Positions 24,243-32,000 of a stretch of 32,000 nucleotides of DNA are shown here, piece after piece. The stretch lies in NCBI RefSeq assembly GCF_000022265.1, contig NC_011979.1, positions 1,860,001-1,892,000 on the forward strand, read 5' to 3'. How positions within the stretch are numbered: position 1 is the stretch's first letter; each line of letters starts with the position of its first letter. The position numbers and the translations under genes are program-made. The stretch is from Geotalea daltonii FRC-32. Lineage in GTDB: Bacteria > Desulfobacterota > Desulfuromonadia > Geobacterales > Geobacteraceae. Under the pieces are notes generated by a model. That model was given only the letters and a program-made list of their open reading frames with translations, was not told the origin of the DNA and did not search any database.

Positions 24243-24881
24243 TTACTCCTTCAGTGCGGTCAGCCGCGATGTATCTATGGAAGAAAACTCGTTGCTGATG
24301 TGATTGATGACAATGCCCATGACGAAGATGCCGACAAGCAGGTCGAGAAGAACCCCTGCCTCTACCATTACCGGCATGGCTGTCGACAGGAGCAGGCCGA
24401 AGATGAAGATGCCGTTTTCAAGGATCAGGTAGCCAATAACCTGGCTTATGGCTTTACGTCTGGTGGTCAGGGCGAGAAAACCGGTCATCATGGTGGCGAT
24501 GGCCGCAGGGACAAAGAGAAGCCCCTGGTGCTCAGGCGCCAGCGGCAGTTTGGCAGCGAAGACAAAGGCAAGGGCGGTGGTTATGGCACCGATGATCAGT
24601 GTCGAAACATAGCCGATGAAGGGCTCCACCTCCCGCTTGATCTGGATCTTGTTCATGGCCCCGAAAAGAAGCCAGGGGATCATCACCCCTTTGGCCAGGA
24701 TGATGCCGACGGTTATGGCTACCAGGTGCCAGGAAAAATGATGAATTATGCCGGGAAGTAGTCCCAGGACAACTCCTTGTACGGCAACGGCGCGGATGGC
24801 GATTGCCATTCGGCTTGAGCCGAGCACGAGGAAATTGATCAGCATGACGAACACCAGCAATTGATCGGCAAATATATTCAT
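24243..24881 (-). CDS. HyfE-like small membrane subunit
   Basis: Roughly 7 hydrophobic helices, positioned between the NuoH-like and NuoN-like genes as in hyf operons. I prefer ATG 24881 (GAGG 5 nt upstream) over the track's GTG 24887. Confidence 0.65.
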   Translation of the reverse strand: MNIFADQLLVFVMLINFLVLGSSRMAIAIRAVAVQGVVLGLLPGIIHHFSWHLVAITVGIILAKGVMIPWLLFGAMNKIQIKREVEPFIGYVSTLIIGAITTALAFVFAAKLPLAPEHQGLLFVPAAIATMMTGFLALTTRRKAISQVIGYLILENGIFIFGLLLSTAMPVMVEAGVLLDLLVGIFVMGIVINHISNEFSSIDTSRLTALKE

Positions 24882-24883
24882 GG

Positions 24884-25792
24884 TCACCTCAGGATCAACA
24901 GCATTGAAAAGCCGGAAAGAATGCAGGCTGCAACCAGCAGCTGCGGAACACGGATAAGTCGAAGCCTGGCCATTATTGATTCCACGACCCCGATGGCCAC
25001 TGCCAGCCCGAGCATGAGCAGGATGAAAATGCCCCAGTCGAGGATGGCGTTGCCGCTTTTCAGGGGCAGGGCGATATTGATGAAGAACGCCCCCATGACG
25101 AACAGTTTCATGGCCGCACCGTAGAGGATATAGGCAAAGGCGGGTCCGCTGTGATCAAGGACCATCACTTCGTGGATCATGGTCAGTTCCAGGTGGGTAT
25201 TGGGATCATCGAACGGAATACGGCAGTTTTCCGCAAGAAGCACTATGAACAGCCCGCCGACGAGAAGAAGGAGTGCGGCGCCGGAGCTGAACCACATGGA
25301 GACCGACAGGTTGGACATCATTGGGGAAAGGGAAAGGGTGCCGCTCATCCTGCTCAGGGTCATCAGGGCAAAAAACAGCGTCGGTTCGGCGAGGCAGGCA
25401 AAGGTCGCTTCCCGGGCCGCGCCCATCCCCTCGAAGCTTGAACCGGTGTCAAGGGCCGCCAGGGTGGTGAAAAACCGTCCGAGGGCAAAGAGATAGGCAA
25501 AGAGTATCATGTCCCCGGCAAAGGCGATGGGAGCCTGATGGTTGCCCAGGGGGATCAACAAGGCTGCAACCAGAGTAGCGGCCAGGGTGATCACCGGCCC
25601 AGCGGTAAAGACCCAGGTGGTGGTGTCGCTGATTACCATACCCTTGCGGATCAGTTTTGCCAGGTCGTAGTAGTGTTGAAAATATGACGGGCCGATCCTG
25701 CCGGCAAAGGCGGCCTTGGTTTTTCCGATCACCCCGAGGAGGAGCGGCGGCATGAGGATGATGAGAAGTGCATGGATCAATATATCGGTCAT
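24884..25792 (-). CDS. NuoH / HycD / HyfC-like membrane subunit
   Basis: The N-terminal part (GVIGKTKAAFAGRIGPSYFQHYYDLAKLIRKG) matches the HycD/NuoH pattern. 302-aa polytopic protein with SD AGAGG. Confidence 0.8.
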   Translation of the reverse strand: MTDILIHALLIILMPPLLLGVIGKTKAAFAGRIGPSYFQHYYDLAKLIRKGMVISDTTTWVFTAGPVITLAATLVAALLIPLGNHQAPIAFAGDMILFAYLFALGRFFTTLAALDTGSSFEGMGAAREATFACLAEPTLFFALMTLSRMSGTLSLSPMMSNLSVSMWFSSGAALLLLVGGLFIVLLAENCRIPFDDPNTHLELTMIHEVMVLDHSGPAFAYILYGAAMKLFVMGAFFINIALPLKSGNAILDWGIFILLMLGLAVAIGVVESIMARLRLIRVPQLLVAACILSGFSMLLILR

Positions 25793-25826
25793 GATGAAAC
25801 CTCTGTCCGGCTAGGCTGGCACTCGT

Positions 25827-27830
25827 CTAGTAGGACCATGCCAGCAGCATCACCAGTGTGACGAAGATATAGAATACGTACAAATTCGGCTCGCCATGCT
25901 GCAGGCGGCGCATGAAAGAAAAGACCAGCCCGGCAAGCCGTACGAAAGGCAGCAGCAGTCTTTCGAGCACCGTTTCCGGGATGCGGCTGGAAAACCGCGA
26001 AGCAGCGGGGAGAAAGCCGCTGATTTTGGGTGTGGCATAGGCTGGCTGCAGAATGCCGCGGAAAAAGTGTACCAGCATTTCGGCAAAAGAGGTGGCGCTG
26101 TACTGAATTCGTGCAGAAGATTGCAGATATCCGCACCCCCAGGTGGATGAGGGAACCGGAGGATTCATCTTCAGCCGCCGCAGGTAAAGCGCGGCAAGGG
26201 CGATCATGACCAGGGCGAGGATCAGGCCGCATGCCTCCAGGAGACCCAGCGGTGCAAGAGAAGAAACGTCCGTTCCGGCCGCTAAAACTGAGGGGAATAT
26301 TGCCAGAACCGGAATCTTGACAAGATTGACGGCGGAAAGGGGCAGCAGCCCTATCCCCAGACAGCATGCAGCCAGGAGCGCCATGGGGATGAGCATCGTC
26401 AACGGGGCATCATGCATTTCTGCCCGATCCGGAGAGCGGTTGTGGCCAAGAAAGGCAATGCCGCAGAGCCTTACGAAACAGGCGAGTGCCAGACTGCCGA
26501 TGAGTGCCAGGGAAAAGATGGCAAGCCCCATGCTGGCAAAGACCGGGATGCCGGTACCATTGATGCCGGAGAAGAATCCCAGGTAGAGGAGGTATTCGGA
26601 AATGAAGCCATTGAGAGGCGGAAGACCGCAGATGGCGACACAGCCGATGAAGAAGAGAAGGGCAGTGCGAGGCATCTGCCTGGCAAGTCCTCCCATGCGC
26701 GAGAGTTCCCTGGTGCCGGCAGCATGAATTACCGCGCCGCTTCCAAGAAACAGCAGAGATTTGAAGAGGGAGTGGTTCAGCACATGGAGCAGACATCCCC
26801 CCATGCCCATCATTACCAGTGTGACATTTCCCACTGAGATGCCGATAAGGGCGGTGCCCAAGGCCATGGTGATGATGCCGATATTTTCAATGCTGCTATA
26901 GGCAAGAAGCCTTTTCAGATCTTGCTGGCCTATGGCGGAAATAACCCCGGCCAAGCCGGAAATGATACCCGCTCCGAGAATGACGAATCCCCACCAGAGA
27001 GGCACGGGAGAGAACGTGGAAAGGATGCGGATGATGCCGTAAATGCCCATCTTCAGCATTACACCTGACATCATGGCTGATACATGGCTCGGTCCATTGG
27101 CATGGGCAGCCGGAAGCCAGATATGGAGCGGCATGATGCCTGCCTTCATGCCGAAGCCGAACAGGGCGGTGAAGAAAATCACTGCTGCTCCAGGCCCCAG
27201 GGGGGACAGCGTTGCTGCGAGGGGAAAGGCAAATGAACCGGTCATCAGTCGGAGGATTATAAACATGACAAAAAGCGCCAGGGTTCCCACATGGGTGCAG
27301 ACCAGATAGACGAATCCGGCTTTGCGCACCTCGTGATCCTCATTTTCAGCTGTGATGGCAAAATAGGCTGAGACGGCCATCACTTCCCAGGAGATGAGGA
27401 AGAAGACGCTGTTGCCGGCGGTGATGAGCAGCACCATTGATGATGAGAGGAGCCCGAGAAAAAAGCCGAGGAGTCTGGAGGTGCCGGCATGCTTGTCCGC
27501 AGGCCAGTAGCCGTTGGCATAAACGGCACAGGCGCCGGAAACGAGAAAAATGGGTATAAGGAAAAAAGCGGCCAGAGGGTCGATCCGGATTTCACAGGGG
27601 CCGAAGGGGAGGCTCCAGTCAATGACAAAGTACTCCGTCATGCCATTGACAGCGACAAAGACTGCTCCGCCCAGACCGCACAGGGAGGCGAAGCAGGCAA
27701 GAAGGGTTGTCAATTTTTGGGCGACGGCAGCGCCAAGGCGTGGGAAAAGGCCGGGAACTCCTGAAAGGCCGGCGAAAATTGCCCCTGTCATGATAATACG
27801 TGCAGGGTCAATCATCTCCGATGTATTCAT
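25827..27830 (-). CDS. NuoL / HyfB-like antiporter-type membrane subunit
   Basis: 667-aa polytopic protein with GFGMKAGIMPLHIWLPAAHANGPSHVSA, LLAYSSIENIG and HSLFKSLLFLGSG blocks. SD AGGAG 8 nt upstream. Confidence 0.8.
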   Translation of the reverse strand: MNTSEMIDPARIIMTGAIFAGLSGVPGLFPRLGAAVAQKLTTLLACFASLCGLGGAVFVAVNGMTEYFVIDWSLPFGPCEIRIDPLAAFFLIPIFLVSGACAVYANGYWPADKHAGTSRLLGFFLGLLSSSMVLLITAGNSVFFLISWEVMAVSAYFAITAENEDHEVRKAGFVYLVCTHVGTLALFVMFIILRLMTGSFAFPLAATLSPLGPGAAVIFFTALFGFGMKAGIMPLHIWLPAAHANGPSHVSAMMSGVMLKMGIYGIIRILSTFSPVPLWWGFVILGAGIISGLAGVISAIGQQDLKRLLAYSSIENIGIITMALGTALIGISVGNVTLVMMGMGGCLLHVLNHSLFKSLLFLGSGAVIHAAGTRELSRMGGLARQMPRTALLFFIGCVAICGLPPLNGFISEYLLYLGFFSGINGTGIPVFASMGLAIFSLALIGSLALACFVRLCGIAFLGHNRSPDRAEMHDAPLTMLIPMALLAACCLGIGLLPLSAVNLVKIPVLAIFPSVLAAGTDVSSLAPLGLLEACGLILALVMIALAALYLRRLKMNPPVPSSTWGCGYLQSSARIQYSATSFAEMLVHFFRGILQPAYATPKISGFLPAASRFSSRIPETVLERLLLPFVRLAGLVFSFMRRLQHGEPNLYVFYIFVTLVMLLAWSY

Positions 27831-27852
27831 GGTTTATACTCCTGTGGAATAT

Positions 27853-28542
27853 TCAGCGGGCGTTTCCACCTGCCAGTTCGCCTTCTATCAATTTCACAGC
27901 GGCGATAATCTCGCTCTGTGGCCCCTGACGCTGCAGAACTGCCTTAAAACGCTGATCTCGCAGGATATACGCCAGTTTGGACAGAAGGTGCAGGTGAACC
28001 TTTACCGTGGGGCTGATGAGAAGAAAAATGGTATCTACGGGTTTATTATCAATGGCTTTGAAATCAATGGGATTGGTGAGGAAGCAGAGGGTGATCATGG
28101 CGGCATTCACGTGGAGCAGGATGGGATTTCTCACATGGGGGATGGCGATGCCGTCGCCGATGGCTGTGGTGCCAAGGGCTTCTCTAGCCATGAGCACCTG
28201 GAGGATGTAATCCCGATCTGCCTGGGGAGGGAACTTGAGGAGAGAGATAATGTTTTTCAGCACCTCGTCCTTGGTCTTTCCCTGAATATCATGATGGGTT
28301 CCCCCCGCTTTCAGGACCTGGGAAAGATGCGGCAGATGTATATCAGGTTCTTCGGGTTCGGCGAATATTTCGGGGGAAAGGTTCAGGCGCTGTTCTGTGG
28401 CCAATTCAAGAAGGTCCACCCGGTTCAGGCGGTATTCTTCATTGACCGTGCATGCTGAAATCTGGTCCTTTTTTATCCATCGCAAAACGGTTTTTTCCGG
28501 GACATGAAGCAGTTTCGCCGCTTGGGAAACGGTCAGGAGCAT
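27853..28542 (-). CDS. HTH (excisionase/MerR-like) plus PTS EIIA type-2 (PtsN-like) domain regulator
   Basis: The N-terminal part is LLTVSQAAKLLHVPEKTVLRWIKKDQI. The C-terminal EIIA-2 domain has LMAREALGTTAIGDGIAIPHVR, retaining the phosphorylatable His. It ends 22 nt upstream of the NuoL-like gene on the same strand. Confidence 0.75.
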   Translation of the reverse strand: MLLTVSQAAKLLHVPEKTVLRWIKKDQISACTVNEEYRLNRVDLLELATEQRLNLSPEIFAEPEEPDIHLPHLSQVLKAGGTHHDIQGKTKDEVLKNIISLLKFPPQADRDYILQVLMAREALGTTAIGDGIAIPHVRNPILLHVNAAMITLCFLTNPIDFKAIDNKPVDTIFLLISPTVKVHLHLLSKLAYILRDQRFKAVLQRQGPQSEIIAAVKLIEGELAGGNAR

Positions 28543-28583
28543 GTCAATTCCTTATCAAACGCATTGGGGCTAATACTTGACAG

Positions 28584-28612
28584 ATTTTGTAATGATATAT
28601 CCCTTCATGGGG
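28584..28612 (-). promoter_or_regulatory. Candidate sigma70 promoter for the HTH-EIIA / Ehr operon
   Basis: The minus strand reads TTGACA (complement of 28607-28612), a 17-nt spacer, then TATATC (complement of 28584-28589), about 40 nt upstream of the ATG. The -10 element is imperfect. Confidence 0.25.
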
Positions 28613-28693
28613 CAGATGTCAACAATTAGGTGGAGTTTCTGGAGCGTCAAATGTGCATTGGTGCAGGTGCCGGCAACCATTCGAGGAAAAATC

Positions 28694-28722
28694 TTGACAC
28701 GGAAAGGCCCATTCAATATATT
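28694..28722 (+). promoter_or_regulatory. Sigma70 promoter driving the riboswitch-TerC transcript
   Basis: TTGACA (28694-28699), exactly 17 nt of spacer, then TATATT (28717-28722). The predicted transcription start lies a few nt before the riboswitch P1 helix. Confidence 0.6.
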
Positions 28723-28730
28723 CCACTGCT

Positions 28731-28834
28731 GTAAAGGGGAGTAGCTATCGACCGGTTTATGGTCGACCCATAGCCCGTCAATACGGTGGCGACACCCGGG
28801 CATGGGGCATTTCTTCTGCATGCAAGACCTTTAT
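28731..28834 (+). promoter_or_regulatory. yybP-ykoY (Mn2+) riboswitch aptamer
   Basis: AAAGGGGAGTAGC at 28733-28745, nested helix GCTAT-CGACC...GGTCG...ATAGC, then GTCAAT, GGCGACAC, hairpin GCATG...CATGC and closing GCAAGACCTTTA. These conserved blocks follow the order I recall from the Lactococcus lactis yybP-ykoY RNA. The element lies upstream of a TerC-family gene, a classic genomic context. Confidence 0.8.
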
Positions 28835-28873
28835 CTGAAGCGACCATCTGCGCCGAAGGTAAAGGTTTTTTTA
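28826..28873 (+). terminator. Riboswitch expression-platform terminator
   Basis: Stem 28827-28836 (ACCTTTATCT) pairs with 28857-28866 (AGGTAAAGGT), followed by a T-run to 28872. The 5' arm reuses the 3' strand of aptamer P1 (CCTTT 28828-28832), so P1 and the terminator are mutually exclusive. Confidence 0.65.
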
Positions 28874-28937
28874 TTTCTTCAGCTTTTCTGATTTGACAAT
28901 TCAAGGCAGCTCATTTACTGGCAAAGGAGTTTATAAA

Positions 28938-29699
28938 ATGGAATGGTTGACAGACCCACAGGTTTGGTTGGCGCTTGTAACACTGACGGCACTTGAGATC
29001 GTGCTTGGCATCGACAACATCATCTTTATTTCCATACAGGCGGGAAAACTCCCCGTCCACCAACAAGAGAAGGCCAGGCTGGTGGGACTGGGCCTTGCCA
29101 TGTTTATCCGGATCGTTTTGCTCTTTTCTCTTGCCTGGCTGATGGGGCTGACAGCTCCACTTTTTTCCATTCTGAATAATGAGATTTCCGGTCGCGATCT
29201 GATTCTCATTTGCGGCGGGTTATTTCTGCTCTGGAAGAGCACCATGGAAATCCATGAAAAACTGGAAGGGGAAGAAGGTCATGCCTCGGCCAAAGGCGGA
29301 ATAACTTTTGCCAGTGTCATCATTCAGATTCTGATGCTGGATATAGTCTTTTCCCTTGATTCGATCATCACTGCGCTGGGGATGGCCAACAGGGTGGGGG
29401 TAATGGTTGCGGCGGTTGTTGTCGCCGTCTTCTTCATGATGCTTTTCTCGGGAAAGATCAGTGCTTTTGTCGATAGACATCCAACCATAAAGATGCTTGC
29501 TCTCTCATTTCTGATTCTGATCGGGGTGGCTTTGATCGGCGATGGTTTCGATATGCACATTCCCAAGGGCTATATCTATTTCGCCATGGCATTTTCGGTG
29601 ATTGTGGAGATGCTTAATTTAAGGATGAGGCGACAGGGAGCGCCGGTGAAGCTGCATCAGCCATATGTGGCAGAGCAGTCAGAGGGGCAGGACAAATAG
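28938..29699 (+). CDS. TerC-family integral membrane protein (putative Mn2+/metal exporter)
   Basis: ATG 28938 has AAAGGAG 8 nt upstream. Motifs LEIVLGIDNIIFIS and VFSLDSIITALG are the duplicated TerC signature. 253-aa polytopic protein. Confidence 0.8.
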   Translation: MEWLTDPQVWLALVTLTALEIVLGIDNIIFISIQAGKLPVHQQEKARLVGLGLAMFIRIVLLFSLAWLMGLTAPLFSILNNEISGRDLILICGGLFLLWKSTMEIHEKLEGEEGHASAKGGITFASVIIQILMLDIVFSLDSIITALGMANRVGVMVAAVVVAVFFMMLFSGKISAFVDRHPTIKMLALSFLILIGVALIGDGFDMHIPKGYIYFAMAFSVIVEMLNLRMRRQGAPVKLHQPYVAEQSEGQDK

Positions 29700-29714
29700 C
29701 TGTTGGTAGGAAAT

Positions 29715-31373
29715 CTATTCCGGGATCACTTGTCCGGCGATGGCTGTTTCCTGGGGCCAGAACCGACGTTGCAGTTCTTCCATCAGGGGGGCCAGGCTCT
29801 TTCGGTCGGCAGCAGAAATAGCGATTGCGCTAAGCCGCCGCGAAGCCTGGCGCACCTTCATGGCGGTCAAGGGATCCTTCTTCTTCATCTCGGTGAGGAG
29901 GTCCGTCTTGTTGAAAACCAGCAGTCTCGGTTTTGTCTCCAGCTCCAGTTCATCAAGTATTGTTTCCACCTGGGAAATGTGCTCCTCGAAGCGTGGGTTT
30001 GAACAATCAACCAAGTGGAGCAGCAGATCGGCATCCTGCAATTCTTCCAGGGTGGCCTTGAATGCACCCATCAGCGACTTGGGAAGCGAGCGGATGAAAC
30101 CGACGGTGTCGGTGATGATTACTTCCCGGTCACGGGGAAAGCGGAGCCTCCTGGTGGATGTATCGAGGGTGGCGAAAAGCAGGTTTTCAGTGAAGACATC
30201 GCTCTGGGTAAGGGTGTTGAGCAGGGTCGATTTGCCGGCATTGGTGTAGCCGACGATGGAAATGATCGGCAGCCCGGCCTTGACCCGTTTTTGCCGACGC
30301 TGATAGCGTCCGTGGGAGAGTTCCTTCAGTTCCTTTTCCAGGCGAGCGATCCTGTCGCGGATCCTTCTTCTGTCCATTTCCAGCTTTGTCTCACCCGGCC
30401 CACGGCCGCCTATGCCCCCCATCAACCGGGACATCTGTACTCCCCGCCCGGTGAGGCGCGGCAGCAGGTATTTGAGCTGCGCCAATTCAACCTGCACCTT
30501 GCCGTCAAGGCTCTGGGCCCGCCGGGCGAAGATATCCAGAATAAGCTGGCTGCGGTCGATGACCTTAAGTTCGGTCATGGCGGAAATAGACCTTATTTGG
30601 GTCGGACTGAGTTCCTGATCGAAAACGAGAAGTGATGCCCCGAGCTGGAGAGCGCGGATCACCACGTCGCGCATCTTGCCTTCTCCCATGAGAAAGCGGG
30701 GGTTGAACTGACGTGGGCGCTGAATGACCGTATCGAGCACCTCTACACCTGCAGTTCTGGCTAATTCCTTCAACTCCTCTATGGAGTCCTCTGCCTCATC
30801 AAGGGATGCCTTTGTTACCGAAATGAGAATACCCCGCTCTTCTCCCTTCATTATCACCCGCGTCCCGTTGGCAGCTTGGTGAAGAGAGGACTCGAGAGTT
30901 TCGACAAAGCTGGCAAAGTCAAGCTCGAAGCGGCTGAATGGCTGCGGGCGCTCGGTTCTGTAAGGGGCTTTGCCAGGGGTGTGGGGGGCGAGGTAGGCGG
31001 TTTGAATGGAAAACTGCCCCTCCACCGGGGAGATCTGCAAGGCGGCTATCAGGTCGAGCCGGAGCAACGCCAGGTCGGTAAGATCGTCATCGGTCAGCGA
31101 TTCTCCCTTCAGGTGGGTATGGATCAGGCGCAATTCCCGCAGGAGCTTCTTGCCCAGTGGGTAGTCGGAAAGTTCAGGGATGTAGAGCCCCCGTTCATCG
31201 CCGACGATGACGTATTCCACATCGCCGGAACGGTTGACCAGCAGCCCCAGTTGGCGTCGTATCTCCCTGGATAGTTCCACCAACTCCCTGGCAAGGTCCA
31301 GGGTTATTACTTCTTCCGGGGGGACGCGTCGGCGGTAGAGCCTTTCCAATCCTTTATGCTGGCTCGGTTTCAA
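29715..31373 (-). CDS. hflX: GTPase HflX
   Basis: G-domain motifs GYTNAGKSTLLN (G1), DTVGF (G3) and FNKTDL (G4), plus the HflX N-terminal glycine-rich region GGIGGRGPGETKLE. The track's start is TTG with no obvious SD, so the 5' end is uncertain. Confidence 0.85.
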   Translation of the reverse strand: MKPSQHKGLERLYRRRVPPEEVITLDLARELVELSREIRRQLGLLVNRSGDVEYVIVGDERGLYIPELSDYPLGKKLLRELRLIHTHLKGESLTDDDLTDLALLRLDLIAALQISPVEGQFSIQTAYLAPHTPGKAPYRTERPQPFSRFELDFASFVETLESSLHQAANGTRVIMKGEERGILISVTKASLDEAEDSIEELKELARTAGVEVLDTVIQRPRQFNPRFLMGEGKMRDVVIRALQLGASLLVFDQELSPTQIRSISAMTELKVIDRSQLILDIFARRAQSLDGKVQVELAQLKYLLPRLTGRGVQMSRLMGGIGGRGPGETKLEMDRRRIRDRIARLEKELKELSHGRYQRRQKRVKAGLPIISIVGYTNAGKSTLLNTLTQSDVFTENLLFATLDTSTRRLRFPRDREVIITDTVGFIRSLPKSLMGAFKATLEELQDADLLLHLVDCSNPRFEEHISQVETILDELELETKPRLLVFNKTDLLTEMKKKDPLTAMKVRQASRRLSAIAISAADRKSLAPLMEELQRRFWPQETAIAGQVIPE

Positions 31374-31433
31374 GCCGGTGAGATTGCCATGCAGTTGTTT
31401 TATGTGAGTTCTCCCGACAGCGAGGAATAAAAA

Positions 31434-32000
31434 TCAGAGACCAATTATATTATACCCGGAATCGACGAAATGTATCTCCCCGGTGACACCGCGGGCCAGG
31501 TCGCTGGAGAGGTAGATTGCCGCTCCGGCCACATCCTCCTGGGTGATATTGCGGCGTAGCGGCGCCTTTGATGCCACGTGGCCTGCTATCTGGTTGAAGC
31601 CGCCGACACCCGATGATGCCAAAGTGCGCAACGGACCGGCGGAAATGGCATTGACCCTTACCCCTTCCGGTCCCACTGCTTCGGCAAGGTAGCGGATGCT
31701 CATTTCCAGTGCGGCCTTGGCGACTCCCATCACATTGTAATTGGGGAACACCTTCTGTCCGCCATAATAAGTGAGCGCCAGGATGCTGCCGTTGCTCTTC
31801 TCAAGTAGCGGCATGGCTTCCCTTGAAAGGGCGATGAGGGAGTAGGCGCTGATGTCCAGAGCCATGGCGAAGCCTTCCCTGGTCGTATTGAGAAATGATC
31901 CTTTCAGTTCATCCTTGTTGGCGAAGGCGATCGAGTGGACTAGGATGTCGAGCCCTCCCCACTTCTTTTCAACCTTGGCCATGACAGCCTTTATGTCATC
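31434..32000 (-). CDS. fabI: Enoyl-[acyl-carrier-protein] reductase (NADH) FabI; the 5' part lies beyond the window's right edge
   Basis: Blocks: LDILVHSIAFA, DISAYSL, YYGGQKVFPNYNVMGVAKAALE (catalytic Tyr/Lys region), VRVNAISAGPLRTLA and GEIHFVDSGYNI. The frame is open to nt 32000. Confidence 0.85.
   Translation of the reverse strand, partial: DDIKAVMAKVEKKWGGLDILVHSIAFANKDELKGSFLNTTREGFAMALDISAYSLIALSREAMPLLEKSNGSILALTYYGGQKVFPNYNVMGVAKAALEMSIRYLAEAVGPEGVRVNAISAGPLRTLASSGVGGFNQIAGHVASKAPLRRNITQEDVAGAAIYLSSDLARGVTGEIHFVDSGYNIIGL

Noticed and set aside
25789-26367. 192-aa minus-strand ORF overlapping the 3' end of the NuoL-like gene in another frame, together with 27550..28458 (302 aa, plus strand) opposite the NuoL-like and regulator genes.
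   Set aside because: They are out-of-frame or antisense shadows, Arg/Pro/Ser-rich, with no motifs. The annotated frames have clear family signatures.
1-32000. Searched by eye for CRISPR repeats, IS or transposase and integrase genes, tRNA/rRNA genes, phage or defence-system genes, and long direct or inverted repeats.
   Set aside because: None was found. All sizeable ORFs are accounted for by metabolic, envelope or housekeeping functions, and intergenic regions are short.

Overview
Moderately GC-rich, densely coding chromosomal window. I found no rRNA, tRNA, CRISPR array or mobile element. Gene content looks Geobacteraceae/Desulfuromonadales-like, which is an inference from content only. Contents from left to right follow. 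(1) The 3' end of an outer-surface multihaem cytochrome, a DUF3108 protein, then a complete porin-cytochrome (Pcc, ombB-omaB-omcB-type) electron conduit: a beta-barrel, a 9-haem periplasmic cytochrome and a 750-aa lipoprotein cytochrome. The conduit is preceded by a phased heptamer-repeat operator. (2) A small secreted or outer-membrane protein, a family-3 O-methyltransferase and the Mpg DNA glycosylase. (3) A PQ-loop/SemiSWEET-like gene lying convergent to a two-gene operon. That operon holds an EgtD-type histidine methyltransferase translationally coupled to an 1139-aa fusion of an acetylene-hydratase-like molybdo/tungstopterin domain with a NifS-type cysteine desulfurase. This matches the rare metallopterin-dependent (MES) anaerobic ergothioneine pathway and is the strongest finding. 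A DinB-fold gene is transcribed divergently from it. (4) A tightly coupled envelope operon encoding a TPR plus beta-barrel protein, a FecR-domain protein with a poly-Pro tail, and a 642-aa lipoprotein. I hypothesise a Slam-like surface-lipoprotein export module. (5) A double-TM Cache-like sensor with no output domain. (6) A seven-gene operon for a group-4-hydrogenase-related complex whose 'large subunit' has lost all four NiFe cysteines (Ehr-type). It is led by an HTH-PTS-EIIA regulator gene. (7) A sigma70 promoter, a yybP-ykoY Mn2+ riboswitch and a terminator in front of a TerC-family gene, followed by hflX and a partial fabI.
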